From assembly GCF_018350175.1 (NCBI RefSeq), contig NC_058368.1, forward strand, positions 27,902,001-27,966,000: a stretch of 64,000 nucleotides of DNA. Direction: 5' to 3'. Shown piece by piece: positions 1-12,920 of this stretch. The first letter of the stretch is position 1. Each line of letters opens with the position of its first letter. The stretch comes from Felis catus (taxonomy: Eukaryota). The translations under genes were made by a program, and so were the position numbers. A model generated the notes under the pieces. That model was given only the letters and a program-made list of their open reading frames with translations. It was not told where the DNA came from and did no database searches.

Positions 1-235
1 AATGGATATATTAAATGCGAAAAATCTGTGAAAGGTCCACAAGGAGATAGTAAGTAGAGAGTTGCATATGGGGTTCTGGAATTCATAGGAGAAGTCCAGA
101 CTGGGTTATAAATTTAGAGGTTGTCAACATTTACAGATGATGTTTAAGGATAGGTGCCCAAGTCAAATCACTTAGGGAGTAAGAGAAGATAGAGATGTGG
201 GGCAAGAATGAAATCCTGGGTCATGCCAACCTTAT
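1..235 (-). mobile_element. L2 LINE fragment
   Basis: Degenerate match to recalled antisense L2 (ggagat..aagtag..gttg.atatg...ctgga.ttca..gagaagtc..gactgg...tataaattt.gag). Confidence 0.65.
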
Positions 236-370
236 AAAAAGGCTGAAATCAACATTCTTATACGTATTCTTTGCATCTACATGACGTCATTTCTTCAAGA
301 TTTTTCTGTTGATGGCTCAAAGGACATTTTTTTCTTTTTTAAATTTGGTGGTTGCGCATAAACTGGCCTC

Positions 371-680
371 TGTATCAATCTGTATTCTCAGTTGGAAGCA
401 ACAGAAGACCAGACAGCCTTCAGCAAATAGTTTTCTAATGCATTTCCTTCCACTAAGGAAGTGTTGGGGTCAGTACTGACTAGAGGCTGGCATAGTGGGC
501 TTCAAAAATGAATGAAAACCAAAGAAATTCTATGGGCTGGGCAGCAAGAGAGATTTCATCAAGATGGTGCCAGAGCCACTGTCGACCTTGCAGACAGATG
601 TGCCGAAGGTGGCTTTGACTGTCGCACCATTGGCACTGCTGCTGCCATCACTGAATGAAATTGAACCTGGCCACTGTAAA
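371..680. mobile_element. Ancient ERVL-type LTR fragment (LTR33-like)
   Basis: Begins tgtatcaatctgtattctcagttggaagcaacagaa; internal ctgctgctgcca-rich tract. Confidence 0.45.
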
Positions 681-681
681 T

Positions 682-900
682 CAGAAGTCAGCAACTCCGG
701 TCCCTTGGTCAAATCCAGCTGTCTGAGTGTTTTCATAAGTAAGGTTTTACTGGAATAAGCGCCATCTACTTATTTACATATTGCTTATGGCTGCTTTCAT
801 CCTACAGTGGCAGAGTTGAGTCATAGCAATTGAAAATCTTTGGAACACTAAGCCACAGTTACTTACTATCTGGCCCTTGGCAGAAGGTTGCTGACCTGTG
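682..900 (+). mobile_element. MER58A-like hAT MITE
   Basis: TIR-like ends cagaagtcagcaac ... ttgctgacctgtg; internal tatggctgctttc...ggcagagttgagt. Confidence 0.75.
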
Positions 901-922
901 CGGTAAGTGAAGTTCAGCGGTC

Positions 923-1251
923 TGTATTAGTTTGCTGTGGCTGCCATAACAAGGTATCACAGACTGGGTGGCTTAGCAAATTTATTTTCTCCCAGTTCTG
1001 GGGGTTAGAAGTCCAAGATCTAGGTGTCAACAAGAGTGTGTTTTCTGAGGCTTCTCTCTTTGACTTGTAGATGGCTGCCGTCTCACTATGTACTCACATG
1101 ATCCTTCCTCTACGTATGTCTGCGTCCTAATTTTCTCTTCTTAGAAGGACACTATTTATATTCGATTATGAACCACTTCCAATGACCTCTTTTTAACTTA
1201 ACTACCTCTTTAAAGACCCTACCTCCCAATGTGGTTACATTCTGAGGTACT
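923..1251 (-). mobile_element. MLT1A-type MaLR LTR (partial)
   Basis: tgtattagtttgctgtggctgccataacaa...cagactgggtggctta...agtccaagatc...ttctgaggtact. Confidence 0.8.
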
Positions 1252-1329
1252 ATTGTGGCAAGCACTTTGTTTCAAAACTTTTTGGCTACTTCTTGATTCC
1301 CCACTCAAATGGATATTCGGGCGTTCATA

Positions 1330-1770
1330 TTAAATTCTGTTTGTAATACTGTCTGAGGTTTTTATTAGGATTGCATTGAATATACAGAATAATTTGGGAG
1401 GAATAGGTGCCGTCATCATATTGAATTGTCTCTGTGAGGAGCACTGTATGTCTCTTAATCAAGAATTCTTTTATATCTTTTAGTAAGGTTTTATCTTTTT
1501 TAATATGGGTTTATATACTTTTTGTATATGTTCATTTCTGAGTATTTTACAGTACCTGTGGCTATTATGTGTGTGATATTTCCATTTCATTTTCTAATTA
1601 GTTGTTGCTTCTATATGGGAAAACTACTGATTTTTGTAGGTTTATCTTTCATTTGGATACTCTACTGACTTTCTGACTTCTAATTAAGCTGTCGGTTTTC
1701 TAGTTGAAAATAATATTAACTGCAAATAAGACAGTTTAGTCTCTTCATTACACACACATACTCACATACT
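1330..1770 (-). mobile_element. Old L1 ORF2 fragment
   Basis: ggattgcattgaatatacagaataatttgggaggaat...actgatttttgtagg, typical of antisense L1M. Confidence 0.7.
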
Positions 1771-3700
1771 TATATATCACATGTACATAAATATGAAGAT
1801 GAGAGGTACAAAAGGAAAGAAAGAACTTATTTCTTTTTATCTTTTTGCATTGACTTGGGCTGTGTAATATTAATTTTTTCCATTGTGGAAAAATACATGT
1901 TGTCTCCAAATAGTCTTGTATCTTTCTTCCCTTTCATACTTCAGAGAAATAAAGACAGGGAGGAACAAATATAAAAACATGAAATGCCTACCTTTGAGCA
2001 TGTTGCTATTTGCAGTTCTGGAAAGCAATAAAAACTGACACAGAAAACCAGGCAACGAATGCCCCATCTAGATGTGTGATAGGTTAGTGTTTATTATGGT
2101 CTAGATCAGGACTGTCTAGTAGGCATTTAAGATACATTCACATAAAATAGTCCATCCTTTGCTAGAACACACAAAATGAGTGGATACACTTCAAATGAAT
2201 TGTTGCTGATTGAAGGAGGAAGCGCAATGGGAATGAGGAATGAGCATTCAGGGGGAATAACTAAATAAGAAAAATTTTGAAAGACTGCAAAAAAGAAAGA
2301 ATAGGAGTAGTCTCCCAACAGCTGTGCCAGCTCCTGCAGATGTTTAGTTAACATAATCCTTCACAAGCTTGGGATGTACAAATGCAAAGCTAAGTTTCCC
2401 GAATACCTGTCAAAACTGAATTGTTCCTTAGTTAATTGAAGTCATCAGAGAATTATTGCTTTGTGTTTTCGGTAACTTCTTCGGGGCAGGGGGCGGGTAG
2501 CTGAATTATAAATATCAGAGAGCAATAGAATAAGGAGTCAAGGGATGTCTTCACTCCCAAGATAATGCGGCTGATACCTCTTTGCCCATATGTTCTCTCC
2601 ACCAGCCATTTCTTTCTGACACCCGTGAGCCACGATGGCTCTCTGTTTTGAGAAAGATGATATACTATTGGCAAAATCTTTCCTAGAGTATCTTCTAGGT
2701 TGGGTTTACAATTTAAATGGAAGTGGAGGAAAGAGCTCTGTGTTGCGTGTTCGCCATGAGGAAGCCAAGAGGTTTTTTGTTGTTGTTTTTTTCATTGTTG
2801 TATTCCTTTCAACAACCTGCACTGTTTTTAATCATTCCTCATAGTGTTCTAGGCAGGTGTAACTGTCAGATAGCAAAAGATGAACTCAACAGGGTACAAT
2901 CATAAAATAACTTTATGTTTCCTCCCATGGCCCTTTCAAACCAATTCAGTGTGCTTATTTAAGTCCCAGAGATTTTCCGGGAATTCTTAGATTATAACAA
3001 GTCCCCAGTCGCTTCAAGTCACAAGAATAGTCTCAGTTCAGCAATTTAAGGATGCAGCCCAGTTTAATAATAAAAATCTGAACTTCAATTGAAGTTTGAT
3101 ATTCTCCTGTCCCCCAGCTTTATACTGCTTCTTTGAGCTGGGAATCTAAGACTAGGAGAGGTGAACAATATCAATTTCTATCCATTTCAGTTATATGTGC
3201 CTTATCTTCATGCACACCCTTCACTCTACCCCACTTAGCTGACTGCCTCCACCACGGTTGAAGTTGAGGGCAGGAGAAAGAAGTGAAGGAAAGAAAAGTT
3301 CTTCCTTCATTGAAAAAGATGTTATCTGGTATGGCAGATAATTTCTCTTCAATTTCTACTTTTACAGATCATAGGGAAATAAATTCTTCCAAAGATTTTT
3401 TTTTATGAAGTGAACATAACATTGTCTCCAAATACTGAAAAAGTTTACCAAAAAATAAAGTTACAAATTTTCCTTTCAATAGTAAGACAATTATCCTAAA
3501 TAAAAAAAAAAAATGAAGCAGCATTCAATAGCTTTAGAAGATACTACAGCATGACCACGTGAAATGTATTTGAGTGATATGCAGCTGGTTTGGCATAAGA
3601 ACATGCATCATAATGTATCAAAGTACATAGATGTACATTGGTGAAAGACTATAATAATATAGATAACCAAACAGGCAGTTGATAAAATTTGGCTGGCTTT

Positions 3701-3803
3701 CTTTTTTCTTTTCTTTTCTTTTCTTTTCTTTTCTTTTCTTTTCTTTTCTTTTCTTTTCTTTTCTTTTCTTTTCTTTTCTTTTCTTTTCTTTTCTTTTCTT
3801 TTC

Positions 3804-3834
<31 letters not shown>

Positions 3835-3845
3835 CTTTTCTTTTC

Positions 3846-3900
<55 letters not shown>

Positions 3901-3928
3901 ATTTATCTATCTATCTATCTATCTATCT
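3701..3928. repeat. Compound microsatellite (TTTTC)n-(TTTC)n-(TATC)n
   Basis: Directly visible; occupies the poly(A) tail position of the adjacent minus-strand L1. Confidence 0.97.
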
Positions 3929-4228
3929 GTATTCAAATTAGTTAACATACAGTGTCGTCTTGGCTTCAGGAGTAGAACCCAGTGATTCATCTCTTACATA
4001 TGACACCCAGTGTTCCTTCCCAAAAGTGCCCTCCTTAATGCCTATCACCATTTAACCCATCCCCACCCACCCACCTCCCCTCTGGCAATCCTCTGTTTGT
4101 TCTCTGTATTTAAGAGTCTCTTATGGTTTGCTTCCCTCTCTGTTTTTATCGTATTTTTTCTTCCCTTCCCCTATGTTCATCTGTTGTGTTTCTCGAATTA
4201 CACATATGAGTAAAGTTATATGGTATCT
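3929..4228 (-). mobile_element. 5'-truncated carnivore L1 3'UTR (L1_Fc/L1_Carn type)
   Basis: ttagttaacatacagtgt...ttcaggagtagaacccagtgattcatctcttacatatgacacccagtg; same family as 47061-47858. Confidence 0.88.
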
Positions 4229-4989
4229 TGATTTAAAAATTCAATTAAGTAAGCATATGTAGATCCCTCTTTAGCATGATTGTAAAAAATACCCATCTCC
4301 ATCAACAAAATAGCTTCATACCCAGTGGAAAAACTCTAGAAACATTTCCACTGAAGTCATAAATAAGAAAAGAATGTCCATTAACACCGCTGTTATTTAA
4401 CATTGTTTAGACTGAGGTACTAGATGTTGTAAACAGGCAAGAGAAATGCACATTTGAAATGAAGAAGTAAAATCTTTGCATATGATGTGAGTTATAAACC
4501 TCTGAAACCAAAAATCAAATGAAAAACTAAACAATAAAGTTAAATTGAGGGAGATGACCACTACAAAATATAAATAAACAACTTCTGTATGATCAACCAC
4601 CAATTAGATAATAATGGAAGACCCCATCTCAAATCACAGTACCACACCGTGCAGAGCCAGACCCCAAAGCCAAGGAGCACATGCTCAGTGTTTCATCACA
4701 TCTGTGAATTGCAACAAACACGTGGCATGCCTTAAAGTGTAAAATAAATAAATAAAACAAAATTGCAATAAAAAGATGCATTTCCTAGAATGAATGCAAG
4801 AAGAAATGTACAAGGTCTATACAAAGAAAACTTCTTAAGACCCTGAAGAGCCATGAAAATGATCACTTTAACAAATGAAAAGGTATACAATATCCTTGGA
4901 GAGGAAAATGCTATCTCATAAACATAATTTGTCAAGTGAAATGATGCATGTAGTGCAATTCCAATGAAATTCTGTTAGGGAATCATTGA

Positions 4990-7075
4990 TGGACAAGCTT
5001 ATGTTTCTCTACATGAATGTTATTCTTTAATATTTAATTTTAATTTTTAATCTCTCATGTTAGACATTTCTTTGGTATTTTACATGGCTAATGATTGTTT
5101 AAATTTAGTCGTGTGCTTAGGAAGTTTTTTGCCAATATTTCTTTGGTATAATAAAATTTTCATCTAGGATCGTGTTCTTTCTTCCTAAGTATAATTCAGA
5201 ATTTCCTTGATTGAGAGTTTGTTGGTAGAAAATTCCCTCCCTCTCTCTTTCTCTCTCTCCCTTTCTCTTTCTTTCAATTTTGGGGTCCTGGAAATGATCT
5301 ATTTTGGTTGTTTTAGTGTTTGCTTAGCTAGGTACAGTATTTGGCTACTGGATTTTCTTCTTGGTTCTTTGATGGTATTACCTGATTGTTTTCTGATTTC
5401 CATTTTGCTGTCGAGAATTCACTGGTCAGACTAATTGTTGCTCTTATGTAGATGATTTGTATTTTCTGTGATTACTTTTTCAAATGTTCCCTTTGTCTTT
5501 AATAATCTGTACTTTTAGTCTGATGAGTCTAGCTATAGATATCTTTTTTCCTGTCTTGTGTAGGACTAGTTATCTTTCCTGAATTTAAGGATCCATATCT
5601 TTCATTAGTTCTAGAAAGTTCCCATCCATCATTTCTTCAACTATTGCCTCTTTCAAAGTCTTTTTGCTTCTTTTCAAATGTCAATTATATCTTTTGTAGA
5701 CATTTTTTCAGTCTGTCTTCCATGTTGCTAATGTTTTTTCTCTTCCCTATTTCTCTCTTTTTCTCAATGTGCTACATTTAAAAAATTTTTTCAATTCTAT
5801 ATCAAGGACCTTATTTACCTCTAATAAGCTGTGTCTGCTCTACTCTTTGGGCTGCTGTTGGCTTTTTAAATTTCAGTGATTATAATTCTGGGTGGAGATA
5901 TATCTGGCTATTTTTCAAATCTTTCTTTTCAATAACATGTAATTATTAGCTCGTGTTTTTATTTAAATCGCCTTAAATATTTTAAACACATGTATTATAT
6001 ATTCTTTATACATTCTTCATTATTCTATTATATGAAACAGGCAGAGGTCTAACAGAACTATTATTTATGCTTACCCTTATTTGTGGTGGCTTATTTCCTC
6101 ATATTTAGTAGATATTAGTCTGTGAAAATCCAAAGAGGTCCAGTTTGAGGGAACTTTGGCATTGCCTACCTGTGACCATTTAAAATTAATTGTCTCCATG
6201 CTTCTTTCTTCCTTCTCCCCATTCCGTTATCCTCCAATTTTCTAATTCTTTCTCAAAATGTGTAATCTTCAGTTAAACCTATGCTGAGTTAATTTCAGCT
6301 GTTACATTTTTTGGATTCTAGAATTCTCATTTTTAAAAATATTTCAGTTCTTTGCTGAAATTCTCAATCTTATTTTTATTTTCTTGAACACATTAGGTAC
6401 AATTATTTTAAAGTATCTGTCTGGTAACTCTTTTATTATTCCCTATAGATCTGTTTATATTGCATATTATTTCCCTTTATCTTTGTTCACATTATCTTTG
6501 TGTGTGACTGATAATTTTTGATGAGTCCTAATCTTTACTTATGAAAAAATATAGAAATAATGTGAGGCCCAGAATAATTTTATCTTCCTCCATAGAGGAT
6601 CCACATTAGTTTCTGATAAGAGACCAAGGGCTCTAGCCATCCCACACTACCTTGATTCAATTTCAGGGATTGAGGTGGCTCAACATTGGGCATCAGTCCC
6701 TGTAAGGCCCAGTGTATTCATAAGTCACCTTTACTCTTAGGGTACATTCCTTTTGTGACCATACAAGTCCTTCGTCTTTGTTAATCCCTGGACTCTAATG
6801 ATTGTCTCTTTACTCCACGAGGCTGTTGGAAACTGGTTATCTTCTCAGCTACATCTTTCAATAGTAACAGATACCCCCAGAAGGAAAGCAACTTCAGAGG
6901 TGTGTCTCACTTAGTGGGTTTTTCTGTTTTCCACAGATCTGGTCGTCTAATTCCTCATGGCTTTGTTTGTTCTCTGAATACTTCAAGTATATATTTGTTA
7001 TATGTTTCCAACTTTTCTAGTTGTCCTCAGTGGAAGGGTTGATTCTAATGACATACTCTACCATTATCAGAAGGA
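4990..7075 (-). mobile_element. Ancient L1 5'/ORF1-region fragments
   Basis: Long T-rich degenerate tract with L1M motifs (tttcattagttctagaaag, tttcagttctttgctgaaattctc, ttttctagttgtcctcagtggaagggtt). Confidence 0.6.
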
Positions 7076-7882
7076 GACGGTTTTTATTTTTCTTCTGGTA
7101 AAAAAAATCTTTTCCGGATTTTGCACCAGTTCTCCATCAATATTAGTGGCCATCTGATATTGCTAGTCTATTTTGTCTGCTTATGTCTGGCTACTGTTTC
7201 CCTTAAGTGCATAGTTTTCGATGTATAATATATATTATTATTCCCTCAGCAGTTGAGTCATATTGTGAGCTTCTTTGTAGAGCTTACAACCAGTAAAAAG
7301 GTAGTGGAAGGCCCAGCAGTGCTACTCTCATCAGTTAATGAATCAACAGTAAACAAACTGGAGAAAATCTTTAACCCTCTGCTGAAGCTTGGAGAGAAAG
7401 CTGGTTACTGCCAGATCCCTGATCACAGTCATAAAGATGGAGAACTATTTTTGAAAGATTCCCGTCTAGTTCCAGTGGGATTAGAAAGATAGAACTCCCT
7501 GGGCAAATAGGTAGTGACTTTCCCCGAAAGGATTCACAGGCCTCCAGCAGCTAAGCTACCTCAGAGAACCATGAAATCTCAGACTTAGATCCTGGTGTGA
7601 AAGAGAAGTAAGTCCTTGACTCCGTGGTTATCTTGTTAGCTCTTGGCAGGCCCCTAAAGAGGTGGAGTTTATCACTACCTTTTTGCCCTGACTCCCTGGG
7701 AGAATCCTTGGCCTCAGTGGACAAGTCTTCTGAAGTCCTTTCTTCTCAGAGTCCTCCTCTCCTTGTGAGTCTACTTTTATGAAGAACACTGGTCTGTGTT
7801 CTTTGAGAAGAACATGGCTGTGGTGGTGGTGGTGGTGAGGAGGAGGAGGACGACAATAGCTGGAACCATTTATTGAGCACTT

Positions 7883-8088
7883 TTTTAAAGTTTATTTTTG
7901 AGAGAGAGAGAGCGAGAGAGAGCGAGTGAGCGCATGCGTGCAGGGAAGGAGCAGAGAGAGGACCCCAAGAAGGCTCCACACTGCCAGCACAGAGCCTGAT
8001 GCGGGGCTTGATCTCATGAACTGTGAGATGATGACCTGAGCCGAAATCAAGAGTCAGACCCTTAACTGAATGAGCCACCCAGACGTCC
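7883..8088 (-). mobile_element. Can-SINE (SINEC_Fc type) inserted in a MIR
   Basis: tRNA-derived head, (GA)n, T-tail; TSD tattgagcactt at 7871-7882 and 8089-8100. Confidence 0.93.
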
Positions 8089-8853
8089 TATTGAGCACTT
8101 CTTAAATGATAGCCACATCACCATATGCTTTGGGTGTCCTGATTTCTTTAACCTCCTTTAAGAAAATCATATGCAAATGTTTCGTTTCCCTTTACACTGC
8201 AAATTGAAGCTTAGAAAGATGAGCCACTTGCCTATGGCTCATGTAGTTAGTAAGAAACAATGCTAGTATTTTAACATGCAAAAGACTCCTCTTTTTATAA
8301 CTCTGGTACATTTTCTAAATGAAAATTACCTACATGTGCTGTGATAAATAATTCTTTGGCAGGGGGGACATTTTTTAAAAATATAATTTATTATTAAATA
8401 ATTCTTAACATATACTTATTTTTGTAATAGTCTTGTAAGGACATTTGTAAAATGTATTACAAATAAACACATTTAGTATTATATATTATATTTAGCCACT
8501 TCAAGAGTCAAAGTCTAAAATGTAAGATAATCTTAAAAATTTGGCATCTGTTATGCAAAGCTTTTGATTTCTTCTCTCCTACTACCTAGCTGTAGAAACA
8601 TGGGAAAATTGCATTATTTTTCTATTGGTCTGTTTCTCAACTGTATAATGAAAGGGCTATCTTAAATTATCTCTGACTCCTTGAGATCAAAGACTTTTTA
8701 CCTTCTTAAAAATACCAAATGACTTTTAGAAACAATTTAAGAAAGTTATTTTGTAAACTCTTTAGTCAAATAGAACTCCCCCCTTTATTTTTCAATCAGA
8801 TGGTCATATTTTGCAGGTATATGTTTTGCTTTAAACAATATATAAATTTTCTT

Positions 8854-9069
8854 TTAAAAAATTTTTTTTTAACGTTTATTTATTTTTGAGACAGAGAGAG
8901 ACAGAGCATGAACGTGGGAGGGTCAGAGAGGGAGACACAGAATCTGAAATAGGCTCCAGGCTCTGAGCTGTCAGCACAGAGCCCGAGGTGGGGCTCGAAC
9001 TCACGGACCGCGAGGTCATGACCTGAGCTGAAGTCGGACGCTCAACCGACTGAGCCCCCCGGGCGCCCC
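8854..9069 (-). mobile_element. SINEC_Fc
   Basis: Ends gggcgcccc; TSD tataaattttctt at 8841-8853 and 9070-9082. Confidence 0.95.
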
Positions 9070-9186
9070 TATAAATTTTCTTAAATAGATAAAGGTAGAT
9101 TTTAGATGTTGGAAAAATGTGTGTGGCAGACACTATTAGCAGCTGTTTCTTCTATCCATTCTATCTCATTAATAGAAGCCAATTTA

Positions 9187-9532
9187 TGTAATTTATAATT
9201 GAAATATAATTGACATAAAACACGGTAAGTTTAAGATGTATATAGTGTGTTGATCTGATACATTTGTATGTCACAATATGATTACTACCATAGTAATAGC
9301 TGCATCATATCATATAATTATCCTTTGTGTGTGTGTGTGGTGAGAATATTTAAGATCTAGTCTGCTAGTAACTTCCAAGCATATAATACAGCATTGTTAA
9401 CTATAACCACAATGCTGTGCGTTAGATCTCCAGAATTTAATCATCTTCTAACTGCAAGTTTCTACAATTTGGCCACCATTTCCCCCATTTCTCTATCCAC
9501 CAGCCCCTAGTAACCACCATTTTACTCTCTGC
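9187..9532 (-). mobile_element. L1 3' end (L1MA-like)
   Basis: taattgaaatataattgacat...tgctgtgcgttagatctccagaa...cccctagtaaccaccatt; TSD taatagaa(g/a)c(c/t)aattta at 9170-9186 and 9533-9549. Confidence 0.85.
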
Positions 9533-9651
9533 TAATAGAAACTAATTTAGTTCAGCATGGCAACATGCCCAGCTGTAAATTCTAGCTTCATCGTCACACA
9601 TGGAAAGGATGAACATGTGGCACAGTACTACTGGCCAATGAGATATAAAGT

Positions 9652-9812
9652 ATAACATTATAATAACTTTATATGGTGACAGATGGTAACTAGACTTACC
9701 ACTGGGGTCATTTTGAACCGCGTGAAAATACAGGATCACTTTGATGAGTACCTGAAACTAACAGAATAGTATATGTCAATTATACTTCAATCAAAAAACT
9801 AATAAAAACTAA
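9652..9812 (+). mobile_element. L1_Carn-type 3' end
   Basis: tatggtgacagatggtaactagactta...cctgaaactaa...gtcaattatacttcaat followed by an A-rich tail. Confidence 0.85.
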
Positions 9813-12349
9813 AGTTGCCCATCTCCAGTCAATGCATACATACGTACATACATAAAGTGACAGTTTCTGGAAAGTGTTTGCTTTCCTGATTTAGACACCT
9901 CCTCTTCTTCATTGCCCTTTCTTCTTTCCTCCTACCTGGATCGCCAACAAAAGGCTTCTAGAAGCAGCAGCCGTCTTGCAACCGACTATAGACGAAAGCC
10001 ACGTGCTAAGGATGGCAGGGTGGAAAGAAACTTGGTCCTTGATGGCCCTGGTGACAGTCTGAACGGTCTACCTCCAAAATTTTCTGTTACATGAGTGAAT
10101 AAAGCACCATATTTTAAATCACCAACAGTATGGTTTTGCTGCCAAATGAGTTCATAGCCGGTAGAGCAGGTATTGATTCTAGTCTACACTAAAATAGTAG
10201 AATGAGATATAAGGCACACATTCCCTTTTGTTCTCAATCAGATTTAATCTGTTGTGAGTGTCCACCTACTTGGTTGGTGGGAAATTCATCCTCAGTCATT
10301 TTTGTGATTCCTGTCCTGTCTTCTCAAGAACGCCAGACTTATGAGGTACTTACACACACACACCCACACACACACACACACAAAACCAGGGAAAATGCCG
10401 CATCTTCAGTCCACAGTGGCTGTATTCACGGAACATTTATTTACCTATTGTCCAGGAAATGTATGAAGAAAGAGAATACACAATGAAAATGCCTGTAGCT
10501 ATGAATGTGCTGTTTGGCCCTCAGCTCCAAGCAGACGGGGACATGTACCATGTCCAAGATTTGCCTATGAGATTTTTAGCCCCTGGTCTCCTGACCAAGA
10601 TAGAGTCCTGAGTTCAGGCGTCCTTCAGTCTACCATCAAGGCACTACCTGATCTCCCCTACTGGGGGAAATGTGTGAAACCCTATCCCTATATTTGATCT
10701 TAGGACTCTAAACCTTCTTAGGATCCAAAAGCTTCTGCTCTGTCCAATTTGAACACTCCCCTCTGCAGAAGGGACCTAACTTAATTTTCACTATAATAGC
10801 AAACACTTTTGTGCTCTCCTGGTCATACAGATGAGGAAACTGAGGCGCCAAGGCTAAAGTCACCCAGCTAATAAGTAGCAGAGGCAGAATTTGGATTCAG
10901 AGAGACTCATTTTCATCCCTGCCGCTAACGAGGTATTGTGCTACTCTCTGCTTATCACACAAGGGCTTCTCACTCTGGTTACGCTTACCTCACTTCTCTT
11001 CTGGGTAAACATGTCCCAACTGTTAGAAACACAATGCTGATCTTCTTTTCCTGGGTGTGATGAGGGAAGAGGTATTAACTCTCAATACTTTTCTTAATAA
11101 CTCACTCTGTAATATAGCCAATGAAAAACAATATGTTGCTTTAAAACTGCATTAGTTGAAGCTCCTTGTGTCTTAGTGTTTTCATAAGTTGGAGATAGTC
11201 ATTCAACTACAACTTTGCTTCTATATTTTACCTCATTACAATTCAGTGATAGGGTAAAGAAGGATTGTCCAAGAAGGTGTTGGAAATCTTCAAGAAAAAA
11301 AATGATATTATAACTAGAAAATTGATACAACAGCAGGTACCATACTGGTAAAATGAATTTTTGCTTTGGTATCCCTAGATGCTCCCTATTCAATTCTTAC
11401 TAAAATGTATTTCAGTCTAGAAGAAAATAGGGACCCTGACAACTGTTATTAATGCTCGTTGCCTTTTAATTGAAGCACACTCTTGGAAAATGTCGTATGT
11501 ATCCGGGGAAATTTAATGCATTCAGTGTAAGAATAAATCTGTTTTTTGAGTGAGTTACATCCAAGGATTTTTTTTTTTTCACTTTTCAGTCATTCCACAA
11601 TCTCTCTGGTTTATCAACTCCTTTTTCTTTGCTAAGCGGTGATGGTAATGCATACATTTGCCTTTTCCAGTAAATCATCCTTTTATAATTTGGCTTTCTT
11701 TCAATCTCAGATTCCCATCAGAAGGGTTTTACCTCGAGGCATATTGCAACCAATTTCCCTCGTAATTAATGCCATATCTGCCTCAGAGTCCATTTCAACT
11801 CCCAAATGAAAATTGATGAGGCAGCCAACCACGATAATCAGATCACATGCCACTGATTAAACTATCAGTCTAGTTTCCAGACTATCACCTTATAGTGCTG
11901 CATCATAGCCAGAGGGGGAGTTTTCTGGTCTTTTGCAATGTATATTGCTCATAGTAAGTGTCCATAAATTGCCATTAGCAGACGAAGAGAGGGATTTTAT
12001 ATGACCCCTATCAAATTCTACCAGAAAGACTAATGATCAAAGAGGTTTGTGTTACAGGGACTGAGACGCCACAGCATATGAAAAAAAAAAAAAAAAAAGC
12101 TGTCTAGACTTGATAAAACGAGCCACAGACTGTGACAAAAATCTCCTGGAAAAGAAAAACTACTCGCGTAGGTGTTTTCTCTCATCCAGGTGGAATGTGG
12201 ATAGTTGAGCTGCATTATTGCCCAGGGAGCATGGTGACAAAATCTTCCATCCACCAGCCTTCAACTCCAGACGTCAGGGTGGGAGTGGGATTAGAGGTTG
12301 GTGTTTGAGATGACTCTTCACCAAACGGTCAGAGCAAGATTAACTCATT

Positions 12350-12920
12350 CTCTCGTTCATTCGATTCATATATTCACTCGCTCACTCAGTGTTTTTCAGG
12401 CGTCAGGAGAAGCACGGGGTCACGTAATGAAAAAGATACTGGGTCTGTTCTGGTGGAGCTGATACACTACGGGTGGGTGCAGGGGGACAAGTAAGTAGCC
12501 AGACCGTTCAATGCAGAAGGGTTAAATGCTAAAGGGGAAGTAAGCATGAAGTACTAGTCAAGTATACAGCTGTGTGTGTGTGTGAGAAGTTCCTGGAAGG
12601 GAGCCCTAGAGCCCTCCGTAGGTGGGGATAGTTAGGGATTGTTAGCCGGGTAAAGAATAGGGACAGGGCAGGGCAGGGCATTCAAGGTAGTGGAAACAAT
12701 TAGAGTCAAGTGTGGGATGGACGGAGAGTATGACTTGTTTGGTAGCTTTGTAAAGCTAACCACAGCTGGAACAAAGGTATGAGAAGGGTTTTGTGGAGAA
12801 AGAAGACTAGAGGAAGGCTGGCAGATGTTCTGCCCTGAAAAATTCCATTGACTATCACAGGGAGCAGGGTGGATATTGGAGCAGTTATGAAAACAGATAT
12901 GTAGGTGAATATACATGCAT
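12350..12920 (-). mobile_element. L2 3' fragment
   Basis: ttcattcgattcat...tggagctgata...ggcattcaaggtagtggaaaca...gctggaacaaag...ccattg. Confidence 0.6.

Larger units (their letters stand above)
3360..4980 (+). mobile_element. Old L1 ORF2 (RT region) fragment interrupted by a younger L1 at 3700-4228
   Basis: A-rich decayed ORF2: ttgataaaatt...[insert]...catttccactgaagtcataaataagaaaagaatgtcca...gaagaagtaaaatc...tgcaattccaatgaaa. Confidence 0.7.
9122..10160 (+). mobile_element. MLT1 (I/J-like) LTR split by two L1 insertions
   Basis: Starts tgtggcagacact; ctggccaatgagatataa; resumes ttctggaaagtgtttgctttcctgatt...gctaaggatggcag...gtgaataaa. Confidence 0.65.

Noticed and set aside
281..290. Perfect CRE palindrome ATGACGTCAT
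   Set aside because: Isolated between repeats with no supporting context; an occurrence by chance is plausible in 64 kb.
530..758. Overlapping ORFs suggesting an exon or pseudogene
   Set aside because: They span an old LTR-like fragment and a MER58 element; no recognisable protein.
3679..3985. Phe/Ser/Leu-rich ORFs (and Lys/Glu/Arg-rich ORFs at 61332-61689)
   Set aside because: Translations of (TTTTC)n/(TTTC)n microsatellites.
7253..7492. 79-aa ORF with protein-like composition
   Set aside because: Non-ATG start, no recognised homology, no convincing splice sites.
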